DNA of 64,000 nucleotides. Origin: Bdellovibrionota bacterium. Its GTDB lineage: Bacteria > Bdellovibrionota_C > UBA2361 > JAAYZI01. The stretch spans positions 1 to 64,000 of the forward strand of contig JBMNIF010000003.1 of NCBI GenBank assembly GCA_050950765.1. The letters are read 5' to 3'. The number at the start of each line of letters is the position of its first letter. Position 1 is the first letter of the stretch. The notes under the pieces are model-generated. The model was not told where the DNA came from and did no database searches. It worked only from the letters and a program-made list of their open reading frames with translations. Made by a program: the position numbers and the translations under genes. Positions 40,365-49,923 of the stretch are shown one piece after another.

Positions 40365-41768
40365 ATGGCAACGATGACTTTTTCGGGGTTAGCATCAGGT
40401 ATAGATACAGCATCATTGATTGAAGCGACTATTGCACAGAAACGAGCAGTTCGCATTAAACCACTAGAAACGAAGATCTCCCAGTATCAAGAAACAAACT
40501 CTGCTTACACTGAACTAAAAAAACTCCTCCAAAACCTAAAAGATTCAGCAGACAAATTTAGAACGATTAAAGGAAGCGGCGTTGCTATGGAAGTTTATTC
40601 AAGCGACGAAACGGTTTTAACAGCTACGATAGGTGGAAGCGCCACAGCAGGTAATTACGAAATTATAGCGCAGCAATTAGCAAGAAATGGAAACTTTTCT
40701 TTTGCCTCTTCAGGGCGTACTTACACCTCTCTTGATGCTGCAATCAATCCTGATATTTCAAGCGGAGGTTCCGTAGCAGATAGGAGTGTTAATTTTACCA
40801 TAGGAAGTGGCGCCTCTGCTGAAAATATAAATATTGAGGTGACGGGTTCTACCACACTGGCACACTTTGTTTCAGAGTTTAATTCACAAAGTGAGTCTGC
40901 TACTGCTTCAATAATCAACAAAGGAACAACAAGTAATCCTAATTATGTTGTGATGGTCTCCTCTAAAAATGAAGGAATGGAGAAAGGTAGCATTACTGTT
41001 ACTGTCGGAGCTGCTATCTTGAACTCTGGAGAGGGAGCATTTAATGATAATACGGCTTCTGAAGCGCAGGATGCGGTATTTTCACTATCTGGTATCGGAG
41101 GCACTATCACTCGTCAATCAAATACTATTAACGATGTTATTGCAGGAGTGAGTTTTAAACTTCAACAGCAAGGATCTAGCACTATATCAATCGGCATTGA
41201 TAACGATACAACTACTGAATATCTTCAAGATCTGATCGATTCTTACAATGAGATTGTGGAGTATATCACGGAAAATGATCGCGTTTCTGAAGAAGATAAT
41301 AGTATCGTTTACGGGAGCCTTTCAAAAACTTCACTTGATGAGAATATTTTAAGTACATTAAGATCTGCTTTGAGTACACTTTCTGGTTCAGGCTCAATTC
41401 ATATCCTAGCTGATTTAGGAATCACCACTAAAAGAGATGGAACCTTAGCATTCGATAAAGATCTCTTCGTGGATGCAATAGAGAAAGATGGAAGTGGTGT
41501 GGCTACAATTTTACAAAATATGGGAGATACCTTAGCAAACACGGGTGGAATAATTGATCGTTTTACCTCTTTTAACGGATTATTGGATAGCGCAGTGAAC
41601 TCAAACTTATCATCAATTACTAGGTTTAATGAGCGTATCTCTGTCTTAGAAGGACAGCTTTCAAGAGAAGAACAATCTCTTACTAACCGTTTTGCACAAC
41701 TGGAAGCGCTACTAGGCAATTTGCAGCAACAACAAACCTCCCTAAGTGCGCTCTTGCCTATGAAATAA
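40365..41768 (+). CDS. fliD: Flagellar filament cap protein (HAP2), paralogue 2
   Basis: FSGLASGIDT..LI, AQDAVF...TRQSNTINDVI.GV.F.L, LGITTKRDGTL and RFAQLE motifs; RBS aggagg before ATG 40365. Confidence 0.92.
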   Translation: MATMTFSGLASGIDTASLIEATIAQKRAVRIKPLETKISQYQETNSAYTELKKLLQNLKDSADKFRTIKGSGVAMEVYSSDETVLTATIGGSATAGNYEIIAQQLARNGNFSFASSGRTYTSLDAAINPDISSGGSVADRSVNFTIGSGASAENINIEVTGSTTLAHFVSEFNSQSESATASIINKGTTSNPNYVVMVSSKNEGMEKGSITVTVGAAILNSGEGAFNDNTASEAQDAVFSLSGIGGTITRQSNTINDVIAGVSFKLQQQGSSTISIGIDNDTTTEYLQDLIDSYNEIVEYITENDRVSEEDNSIVYGSLSKTSLDENILSTLRSALSTLSGSGSIHILADLGITTKRDGTLAFDKDLFVDAIEKDGSGVATILQNMGDTLANTGGIIDRFTSFNGLLDSAVNSNLSSITRFNERISVLEGQLSREEQSLTNRFAQLEALLGNLQQQQTSLSALLPMK

Positions 41769-41820
41769 TTTAAGCTTATTTAAGATCTTGTAGGGATCTT
41801 AACGGTAAAACTTTTTTATA

Positions 41821-42621
41821 TTACTGTAATGGCTTAAATGAGGTCAGCTTTGTTTTTACACTACCGATAAAGACTTCACTTCTAATCAGTAAGATATCTC
41901 TAGCCGTATCCGTAGTTAGGTAGATAGAAGCGTCTCTTAATTTATTTTTTTCGTTTTCAAACCCTAGCTTTTTCACACGAGGTTTAATTACCCATGTCTC
42001 ATAAAGTTTACCGTTATGTTTTATTTTTTCTTTCCCTGCTGCAGAGAGCGCTACTAGATAACGGTTTTGTCCTTCATAAGCGTCAAAATATTTAGTATCT
42101 CCCACACTCCAATCAAGGCTACGTGCGATAAAAGCGGCTGAAAACGGATCTAAGGTAAAGTTGTGTGGGTTAAATTTAAATTTTTCAATATTTCCGTTTT
42201 TGTTACGGATAACCGAGATCTCACCATCAGGGTGAAAACTAAGATCCATATTTCTGATCCGTGATTTCTCATTTTTATTAAAGAATGAATGTTTGGGTGT
42301 CATTTTTGATGCCGATAATACCGCTTCGGCGTGGTAACGTAATTTATAAAAGATATCGATAGCTTTTAAAGTTCTAACTCTGATTATTACCTTTAAGGTA
42401 TCACCCTTTTTTTTTACAACTGCGCTAGCTCTTGCTGCAGGGATCCCTTGCCATGAAACATCATAGGTATATCTGCCGAGTGCTGGGGCAAAGGCATCTG
42501 CTTTATATTCATAGTGTGGTGTTGATAACTCTATCTCTTCAGTTGGGATATCTTCTTCTGCCAAGACAGGAGAGTAAAATAAAAACATAAAGAGTAGTGT
42601 TACACCGTAATAAAATCTCAT
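41821..42621 (-). CDS. Exported DUF3108-like protein
   Basis: Signal peptide; 'YDVSWQGIPA', 'D.FYKLR', 'DPFSA.FIAR' and 'IY.T.D...I.L.I...V.IGSV..KL' pattern. Confidence 0.65.
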   Translation of the reverse strand: MRFYYGVTLLFMFLFYSPVLAEEDIPTEEIELSTPHYEYKADAFAPALGRYTYDVSWQGIPAARASAVVKKKGDTLKVIIRVRTLKAIDIFYKLRYHAEAVLSASKMTPKHSFFNKNEKSRIRNMDLSFHPDGEISVIRNKNGNIEKFKFNPHNFTLDPFSAAFIARSLDWSVGDTKYFDAYEGQNRYLVALSAAGKEKIKHNGKLYETWVIKPRVKKLGFENEKNKLRDASIYLTTDTARDILLIRSEVFIGSVKTKLTSFKPLQ

Positions 42622-42724
42622 TATTATCTTATATCCATTATAAATTATCTAGATAAACTTAAAAAAACAGGTGATTTGACTTGACACTTTAATCATAAAA
42701 CCTTACATAATTTACCCACGTTGT

Positions 42725-42811
42725 GCCGAAGTGGCGGAATTGGTAGACGCGTCGGATTCAAAATCCGATAATGGCAACATTGTGTGGGTTCAAGTCCCTC
42801 CTTCGGTACCA
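42725..42811 (+). tRNA. tRNA-Leu(CAA)
   Basis: gccgaagtggcggaattggtagacgc; anticodon arm tcgga-tt-CAA-aa-tccga; long variable arm; ggttcaagtcc T-arm; CCA end. Confidence 0.95.
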
Positions 42812-42964
42812 TAGCAGATTGTACAGTCTAGCTTTTTAACCCTGTTTCTACAATCCTCACCGTTAATAATTTCTTGTAATTGGCTGCGGTCATCTATTTC
42901 AAAGTAAGGCTTAAAGTAAGGTATTTCTCCCCTACCTCTGCACACCCTTATTTTTGATCATAAA

Positions 42965-43122
42965 TTTTTTTGAACAATACCACCATAAGGATGCGGGGTA
43001 AAAACGTCTTACCAAAAGAAGGAATCGTAGCTTTAGAGGTATTTTTTCCTTTAACACTTAATTGTATTATTTGTAGGGTAAAATTGTCGTGTCAAAAGAA
43101 GGAATCGTAGCTTTTAAGATAC
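42965..43122. repeat. Two-copy 80-bp-period duplication with an exact 22-bp core
   Basis: caaaagaaggaatcgtagcttt at 43013 and 43093; gggtaaaa at 42996 and 43076; aaca at 42973 and 43053. Confidence 0.85.
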
Positions 43123-43132
43123 GATCTCTCCA

Positions 43133-44251
43133 CTAGGCACGATCTAGGATAATGCGCAAGGCACGTCTAAGAGGCTCTGCCGCTCCCCACAGTAATTGAT
43201 CTCCAACTGTAAAGGCGGTTAAATATTTACCCCCCAGATTCATCTTTCTAAGTCGTCCGATAGGAATATTTAGGGTACCAGAAACTGCTGCCGGAGTTAG
43301 ATATTTTAAAGTCTCTTCTTTATTGTTCGGCACAACCTTTACCCATTCATTCCCTGCTTCGATCATGTTTTGAATCTCTTCAAGTGGCAGGTCTTGTTTA
43401 AGTTTTATCGTTAAGCCTTGACTATGACACCTAAGAGACCCGACACGTACGCAAAGCCCATCAAGAGGGATCTGATTATCACTTTTCCCTAAGATCTTAT
43501 TAGTCTCAACCATCCCCTTCCACTCTTCTCGTGTCTGACCATTATCCATACCTTGATCGATCCATGGGATTAAGCTAGCAGCAAGGGGTGCTCCGAAATA
43601 CTTTGTCGGAAAATCGGTGCTCCTTATCTCCGTTGTTACACTCCTATCTAGCTCTAAAGCGGTGCTGGCAGGATCGTCTAATTGCGTTACGGCAGCAGTG
43701 GTAATACTCGCCATCTGTTGGATCAGTTCTCGCATATTAGCAGCTCCTGCGCCTGATGCTGCTTGATACGTCATGGCGGAAACCCACTCTATCAGGTCGT
43801 GCTGAAATAAAGCGCCTATCGCCATTAACATTAAACTAACGGTGCAATTTCCTCCTACAAAGCACTTAGTTCCATCAATTAGTGCTTTATCAAGTACTTT
43901 ACGATTAACGGGATCAAGGACTATCACAGCCTCATCTGCCATTCGAAGTGTTGAAGCAGCATCGATCCAGTAGCCATTCCAACCACTTTTTCTTAGATCA
44001 AAATAGATCCGAGAGGTGTAATCTCCCCCTTGGCAGCTAAGTAAGATATCCATCTTGGAAAGATCTGTGATGGAATAGGCATCTACTAAATTTGGCACTT
44101 CAAATCCAAAATCAGGACCTTTGGCACCAACTTGTGAGGTGGAGAAAAATAACGGCTCAAAACCTAAGGAAAAATCCCCCTCTTCAACCATTCTTGACAT
44201 CAGCACCGAACCGACCATGCCACGCCATCCGATAAAACCGACCTTTTTCAT
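43133..44251 (-). CDS. asd: Aspartate-semialdehyde dehydrogenase (enterobacterial type)
   Basis: [47 protein letters not shown] and [11 protein letters not shown] motifs. Confidence 0.97.
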   Translation of the reverse strand: MKKVGFIGWRGMVGSVLMSRMVEEGDFSLGFEPLFFSTSQVGAKGPDFGFEVPNLVDAYSITDLSKMDILLSCQGGDYTSRIYFDLRKSGWNGYWIDAASTLRMADEAVIVLDPVNRKVLDKALIDGTKCFVGGNCTVSLMLMAIGALFQHDLIEWVSAMTYQAASGAGAANMRELIQQMASITTAAVTQLDDPASTALELDRSVTTEIRSTDFPTKYFGAPLAASLIPWIDQGMDNGQTREEWKGMVETNKILGKSDNQIPLDGLCVRVGSLRCHSQGLTIKLKQDLPLEEIQNMIEAGNEWVKVVPNNKEETLKYLTPAAVSGTLNIPIGRLRKMNLGGKYLTAFTVGDQLLWGAAEPLRRALRIILDRA

Positions 44252-44443
44252 GTGCTATTTCCGTTTTAATAAATAATAAAAGTAAAATGGATATCTGATA
44301 ATGAAATACATCAAAAACATTAAATATGAAACAGATAAAAAATCGTTTAATTTAAGGTTAATTCTTAATTTACCACCTCTGTTGTTGCTTTTTTCTTAAG
44401 CGTGATAAAATATATTAGAGCAGTTCAGTTAGGAGAAAAAGAG

Positions 44444-45310
44444 ATGGACGGTATTATTGATGTTGGTGGCGGTTTGCGCGGAATATACACTGCTGGGGTT
44501 TACGACTTTCTTTTTGATAATAAGATAGATTTTAAATATTGCTTAGGTGTATCTGCTGGTAGTGCTAACTTAGTTTCTTATATCGCAAAACAGCGGGGGC
44601 GTAGTTTCCGTTTTTATGATCAATACTCTCATCGCAAAGAGTATATGAGCTTCAATAACATACTAAAAGGAAAACCCTACTTAAGCTTGGATTATATCTA
44701 TTCCACCATTAGTAATTCCGATGGAGAAGACCCTCTCGATTATGCGGCTTTTAGTCGTTCAGAAAGTCAACTGATTGTTGTCGCTACAAAAAAAGATGGA
44801 CAACCTAAGTATTTCACAAAATCTGATATGTCGCAGGATAACTACGATATCTTAAAAGCATCATCAGCGCTCCCCGTTTTTACAAAGCCGTGTCTAATAG
44901 ATGGCGTGCCGTATTTTGATGGTGGTATGGGAGATCCACTTCCCTTTAAAAAAGCTTTTTCAGATGGGTGTGACCGTTTAGTGGTGCTGCTGACCCGTCC
45001 CTTAGATCGTCCTCGTGAGCCGCAAGCTCAACTATGGTTGGCAAAGTTAGCGTTGAGAAAGTTTCCCAAAGTCTATGAAGCGTTAGCAACGAGACATCTA
45101 AGGTATAACGCCGCTATTGCAGAGGTAAAAAAACTGATAGAACAGGGGAAAATTCTAGTTATTGCCCCGAAAGATATCGGTAACCTACAAACCTTAACAA
45201 GAGATAAAGTTATCCTTAAGCAGCTTTATTATAAAGGTTATGAAGATGCTGCTAAGATCCCTGATTTTTTGAAGGCTGACACACCTCTCACCTCTCTAGG
45301 GCTTTCTTAA
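44444..45310 (+). CDS. Patatin-like phospholipase
   Basis: GGGLRG, GVSAG nucleophile elbow, ASSALP and DGG motifs; RBS aggag. Confidence 0.9.
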   Translation: MDGIIDVGGGLRGIYTAGVYDFLFDNKIDFKYCLGVSAGSANLVSYIAKQRGRSFRFYDQYSHRKEYMSFNNILKGKPYLSLDYIYSTISNSDGEDPLDYAAFSRSESQLIVVATKKDGQPKYFTKSDMSQDNYDILKASSALPVFTKPCLIDGVPYFDGGMGDPLPFKKAFSDGCDRLVVLLTRPLDRPREPQAQLWLAKLALRKFPKVYEALATRHLRYNAAIAEVKKLIEQGKILVIAPKDIGNLQTLTRDKVILKQLYYKGYEDAAKIPDFLKADTPLTSLGLS

Positions 45311-46640
45311 TTTCACTTTGAAGGTAATACTCCTTTAAGGCTGTCATTAACTCCAGATCGGCACTTGTGGTTTCAGGATTGTTTAGGACGCTCTCTATCT
45401 CTGCAAATAAGACCTCAAATGTTGGGTAGAAATTATCTTCAGCTTTTTCGTCAGTTATTATTTTTTTTATCTGTAAAGATCCTCCGTAACGGTAGTGAGC
45501 ATACTTTTGCAACATATTGTGCATCCGTTCATCTTCTCCTATCGTCCAATCATAATTTGCCAAGTGATAACGTAAGAAGAGTATTTTAGCATCTTTAAGG
45601 GGCGCTTCTCTAAGAGGTGTGATATCGTCACTTTGAATAGCTTTGTTTAGAAGGTCTATGCCAGAGATATCTAAACGGTAGATATCCTGCTCAATATCAC
45701 AAGTGCTATCTTCAAAAAAATTCTTTAAGGTAATCCCTTTAAGATCCTCCTGCGCTTTCTTTGCTAGTTCTATATATTCAGGATCTAGAACAAGGTCGTT
45801 ACGACAAAAGAAGGCAGCTTGCCCCTTATTGATCCAAGTGATGGCAGCACGGGTCGGATTTTCTTTAAATTTATCCAGTCTGATCCATAAAGCGTAACGG
45901 TAGTCATTATCAAAGAGTAAGACGGGGTGGCTTACCGTCCTTTCAGAGGTGGTTAGATCGTAATTAGGAACAATTTCAACTCCGAGATCTCCACACTGCC
46001 ATTTAGTAGCTAAATAAGTCTCTTCGGTTCTAACATCACAACAAAAGTGGTGACTAAGGTGGTGTGCTAATTTTATAGTCAACTCAACGTCGGCAAAAGA
46101 GTGGTGTTGCTGATCTCCCTCCAGTAGTTTGAGGCTTTTTGTGATGGTTTGCAAAGATAGAGAGAGGAGATCTGAATCTTCTTTTGCTGAAGTTCGTGGA
46201 AAGGTATCATCAAAACAGAAGACCTTACGCACGGTATGTAAGAGGTCTTTATAAATAATCCGCCCTCCGAAATACGGATTAAAGCCGTTTCTGATTAAAG
46301 ATGTGCGTAAATACGGGATATCAAAACGTGTCGAATTATACCCAATTAAAGTTACTTTTCTATCCTTAGATTCTTCAATAACGGTTGAGATATAATTAGC
46401 GATCTCAAACATAGCATCTTTTTCTGCTAAGGCTTGCGGATTGTCCTGATGCTTTATGACGTTTGTTCTATTAGCAAGGATGGCAGCAGGGTGTGGCAAC
46501 TGCAAGGGTGAGATCTTAATATCTCCACACAAGGAAGAGTGACGTTCCCACTCTTCATCAACGGTAATAAAGCAATAATTGAGGATCTGACCTACAAAGT
46601 TCTCTTCCGTTGTTTCTAAATCAAAAAAAATAGAAAGCAT
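45288..46640 (-). CDS. DEDDh 3'-5' exonuclease, exonuclease-I (SbcB)-like N-terminus
   Basis: FFDLETT (ExoI), GYNSTRFDIPYLR (ExoII), HHSFADV (ExoIII) and LPHPAA motifs. Confidence 0.75.
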   Translation of the reverse strand: MLSIFFDLETTEENFVGQILNYCFITVDEEWERHSSLCGDIKISPLQLPHPAAILANRTNVIKHQDNPQALAEKDAMFEIANYISTVIEESKDRKVTLIGYNSTRFDIPYLRTSLIRNGFNPYFGGRIIYKDLLHTVRKVFCFDDTFPRTSAKEDSDLLSLSLQTITKSLKLLEGDQQHHSFADVELTIKLAHHLSHHFCCDVRTEETYLATKWQCGDLGVEIVPNYDLTTSERTVSHPVLLFDNDYRYALWIRLDKFKENPTRAAITWINKGQAAFFCRNDLVLDPEYIELAKKAQEDLKGITLKNFFEDSTCDIEQDIYRLDISGIDLLNKAIQSDDITPLREAPLKDAKILFLRYHLANYDWTIGEDERMHNMLQKYAHYRYGGSLQIKKIITDEKAEDNFYPTFEVLFAEIESVLNNPETTSADLELMTALKEYYLQSEIKKALER

Positions 46641-46685
46641 AAATAACGCTCAATATCTTAGAGGCAAAAGAGAGTAACTTAGCAT

Positions 46686-46719
46686 AACGAACCATCTCTA
46701 ATAAAGAGACGGCCCGTTA
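46686..46719 (-). terminator. Hairpin after the cyclophilin gene
   Basis: taacgaaccatctct-aataa-agagacggcccgtta; pairs with G-U on the minus strand. Confidence 0.55.
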
Positions 46720-46740
46720 AAGTTAAAGAATGCAATAAAG

Positions 46741-47307
46741 TTACTTTAATGTTGCTTTTTTAATGACGATCGCTTCCGTCGGAACATCTTGGTGCATCCC
46801 TCGATTACCGGTTCTTGCTTCAGCGATAGTATCAACAACATCCATCCCTTCAATAACTTCACCAAAAACGGCATAACCAAAATCACGGGCTCCGTGATCA
46901 AGGAAGGTATTGTCCTTTAAATTGATAAAAAACTGTGATGTGGCACTGTTTATCTCTGAGGTGCGTGCCATGGCGATAGTGCCACGTTTGTTCTTCAACC
47001 CGTTTGCTGCCTCATTTTTAATCGGAGATTTCTGCCCTGTTTTCTCCAACATATTTTCAAGAAAACCTCCCCCTTGCACCATAAAATCAGGGATAACACG
47101 GTGAAAAATCGTATTGTCATAATAACCTGACTTAACATAGTTAACGAAGTTTTCCGTACTAATAGGGGCTTTCTCCTGATTCAGTTTAATAACGATATTC
47201 CCCTTATTGGTTTCCAAAACAACGGTAGGTTCCGCTTGTGCTTCAGTGATGGCACAAGAGCACAAGACTGACATCGGGAAAAGTAAACTCATTAAATTAT
47301 ATTTCAT
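46741..47307 (-). CDS. Cyclophilin-type peptidyl-prolyl isomerase (exported, PpiA-like)
   Basis: [31 protein letters not shown] and YAVFG motifs; N-terminal signal or lipobox. Confidence 0.93.
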   Translation of the reverse strand: MKYNLMSLLFPMSVLCSCAITEAQAEPTVVLETNKGNIVIKLNQEKAPISTENFVNYVKSGYYDNTIFHRVIPDFMVQGGGFLENMLEKTGQKSPIKNEAANGLKNKRGTIAMARTSEINSATSQFFINLKDNTFLDHGARDFGYAVFGEVIEGMDVVDTIAEARTGNRGMHQDVPTEAIVIKKATLK

Positions 47308-47471
47308 TGATTGAATCCTCTAAAAATAAAAAACTAAACATAAAAACTTTTTTATCGCTCTGTGTCTTTATTTAAAAACAAAAAAGCTCTCGTTTTAGTA
47401 GCGCACAAGGTATTTGAACGGATTATTGGAAAGAGAGCAAGAGATAATAACTTAACTCCCAAGCATTACAG

Positions 47472-48455
47472 TTATAACCAGCCATTTCTCTTGTACCATT
47501 GATAGATAATATGAACCTCTTCTTCAAAGGTATGCTCTGCTTGGTAGCCCAGATCTCTTTGAGCCTTTGAGCAATCAAAAGCACGTGTTTTTGTAAAGAA
47601 ATCTACACGTCGTCGATATAACGGAGGCTCAATGCTGAGGGGGACGCAAATTTTTTCAAGAATAGTTCCGATTAACTGCAATGGAGGTGCTGGCAACCTA
47701 AAAGGTAAAACTTTAACCCCCGCCTCTTTAGCGATAGCTTGGTACGTTTCACGGATAGTTACAGGTCGTCTACCAGCAATAATATAGACCTGTCCATTTG
47801 CAGCTGGCGTTTCATTCGCTAAACGAAAAGCTCTAGCAAGGTCTGTCACCAATATCCAATGAAAGAGTGTCTTTCCATCTCCGATAATAGGGAGAAGGCG
47901 ACGACTGATCCCTTTAAATAATTTTAGGAGTCTACGATCGGATGGTCCCCAGATCATGGCGGGTCTAATAATCGAACCTTGAATTTTTCCGCTCCGTATA
48001 AATTCAAGGGCAACTTTTTCACCTTCACACTTGGAGAGTTGATAAACATCCGCCGGACGATAAGGCTCCCTTTCATTGGCAGGAGGGTTCGGAATATGGC
48101 TGTGCACACCGCCGGTACTGCAATGAATTACACGCGTAACACCTTTTTCTACGGCAGCTTCAAAAACGTTTTGCACTCCTTTGGTATTAACTTCAAAATA
48201 AACGGAATCTGCATATTTAGCTTCACGAAAAATAGCAGCGATATGAAATACAGACTCTACACCATCCATCGCATTTAAGAGGGATGTCCTATCCGTTATA
48301 TCACCGTGCACGAATTCAACAGGTACTCCCTTTAAAACATCACGTTTACTATCATCTCGGATAAGCGCACGCACAGTATAGCCAGAATTAGTTAACTCTT
48401 TACAAAGGTAAGACCCGACGAAGCCTGTACTGCCCGTCACAAGAACTTTAGCCAT
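47472..48455 (-). CDS. NAD-dependent epimerase/dehydratase (extended SDR)
   Basis: VTGSTGFVG, VFHIAA, YQLSK (YxxxK) and IRP..IWGP motifs. Confidence 0.9.
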   Translation of the reverse strand: MAKVLVTGSTGFVGSYLCKELTNSGYTVRALIRDDSKRDVLKGVPVEFVHGDITDRTSLLNAMDGVESVFHIAAIFREAKYADSVYFEVNTKGVQNVFEAAVEKGVTRVIHCSTGGVHSHIPNPPANEREPYRPADVYQLSKCEGEKVALEFIRSGKIQGSIIRPAMIWGPSDRRLLKLFKGISRRLLPIIGDGKTLFHWILVTDLARAFRLANETPAANGQVYIIAGRRPVTIRETYQAIAKEAGVKVLPFRLPAPPLQLIGTILEKICVPLSIEPPLYRRRVDFFTKTRAFDCSKAQRDLGYQAEHTFEEEVHIIYQWYKRNGWL

Positions 48456-48765
48456 TACACTCCCCTTTACAACACCACAAACAACCCGCCACACCTAAAA
48501 ACAATCTATCTTAAACAGAAGTTTCACGATATTTTTAAGGCACAATACCCTTTTATAAAAAGAGCTCTCTACTTGTAAATAAACTAAATTTATTTACCCC
48601 CTATTTTTATATAGATAATTAAGCCTTACCCCTCTTATAGCCATCCTTACTGAAAAGACAGAACAGTGTTTAAATTTAGAGGGTGCTTAAATTCGCAAAT
48701 TAAACACTTACTTTGAACACTTTTATTCTGCTTCTGCGGCGTGCTGTTATTCAATTCGAGAGGAG

Positions 48766-49659
48766 TTATTCATCTTCCGCTATAAAATCTTCCTGCTCAT
48801 AGTAGTAGGAGTAATCGATGCCTTTCATAAAGATATCTCGGTTATTAATCTGATCAGTAAGAGCATTTTGCAGTAGGGATTTTAATGGCTCTGCATCCGA
48901 TACACTTTGTTGCATAGCGTTTAGGTATCCCCTCTTATCAATCTTACTCCAATCCACACACAAGTGCAGGTTCTTTTTCAAAATCAGATCCAACCAGATG
49001 CGTGTACTTCTGCCATTTCCCTCCATAAAAGGGTGGGCTATGTTCATCTCCACGTATTTACGTAGAATATCATCAAAGGAGTTTTCAGGCAGCGCTTCAA
49101 TCTGTGCTAGAGTATCTTTTAAGTAGAGGGCATTTGCAAAACGAAAGTTGCCCTTTGCTATATTGGTTGTTCTAATCTGTCCAGCGAAATCATAAAGCCC
49201 CCCAAAGAGATAAGCATGAATTTGTTGTAAGCCCTTGACGGTGCCTACCTCAATAGTATCAAGCAGAGTGCTATCAAAAAGCGCATATGCTTTGGATTTG
49301 CTCTGACCATCAATGGTTTCATCACTATAGGTAAACCACTGAATAAATCGATTAGCTTCCTTACTGGGAAAGCTTTTTGCTAATTCCAAAATATCATCAT
49401 AATCAAAGGTATCCGTAGTGTACTTTTTACCATCGGCAGCAGTCAGCTTCAGTTGGTTAGCAGCACTAACCAACTGACTCCCCTCCTTCTTTAATCTGTT
49501 TTTTAAGTACTTCCAATAGTTGCGAATTTTGGTGTAATCGTCCTCATTGCGCAGCACGCCCACAATGTCGAGTGCTGAAAACCACCACTTGTTTTGTTCA
49601 TCATCCCAGACAGCCCGCACCTCTCTGTCGTTAAAAAATCTGATAGAAATCTTGCTCAT
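48766..49659 (-). CDS. Fic-family adenylyltransferase with an N-terminal Bro-N-like domain (class III-like C-terminal inhibitory motif)
   Basis: [12 protein letters not shown]ic motif; C-terminal SYYYEQ ((S/T)xxxE); N-terminal VRAVWD...WWFS..DIV..L...YW..LK.RL. Confidence 0.9.
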   Translation of the reverse strand: MSKISIRFFNDREVRAVWDDEQNKWWFSALDIVGVLRNEDDYTKIRNYWKYLKNRLKKEGSQLVSAANQLKLTAADGKKYTTDTFDYDDILELAKSFPSKEANRFIQWFTYSDETIDGQSKSKAYALFDSTLLDTIEVGTVKGLQQIHAYLFGGLYDFAGQIRTTNIAKGNFRFANALYLKDTLAQIEALPENSFDDILRKYVEMNIAHPFMEGNGRSTRIWLDLILKKNLHLCVDWSKIDKRGYLNAMQQSVSDAEPLKSLLQNALTDQINNRDIFMKGIDYSYYYEQEDFIAEDE

Positions 49660-49740
49660 AAAATCACCCTGACTTTCTCATTATATAACTAATTATCTAT
49701 TAGATTCCTTTATCTGTTCCAGTCTGGTTTTATTAAATTT

Positions 49741-49851
49741 TTAAAGAATTGCATATTTTGTCCCTCTTCCTGAACCGATCTTTTTAATATATGACTTTTC
49801 AATAAGTCGATTCAATATATAGATAACTTTGTCTTTACCAAATCCTTGTGT
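49741..49851 (-). pseudogene. C-terminal winged-HTH relic of a deleted gene (AlbA_2/RecG-C-type regulator)
   Basis: My translation is TQGFGKDKVIYILNRLIEKSYIKKIGSGRGTKYAIL*, with an in-frame stop immediately upstream. Confidence 0.6.
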
Positions 49852-49923
49852 CTATAACGGATAAGTTTGTTAAGTAGGTTTTCTCTTTGAATAAGCATAT
49901 CTTACCCATTCCAGTTGCAATAA

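Noticed and set aside
42725..42811. Island integrated at tRNA-Leu
   Set aside because: I saw no duplicate of the tRNA 3' end and no integrase; housekeeping asd follows.
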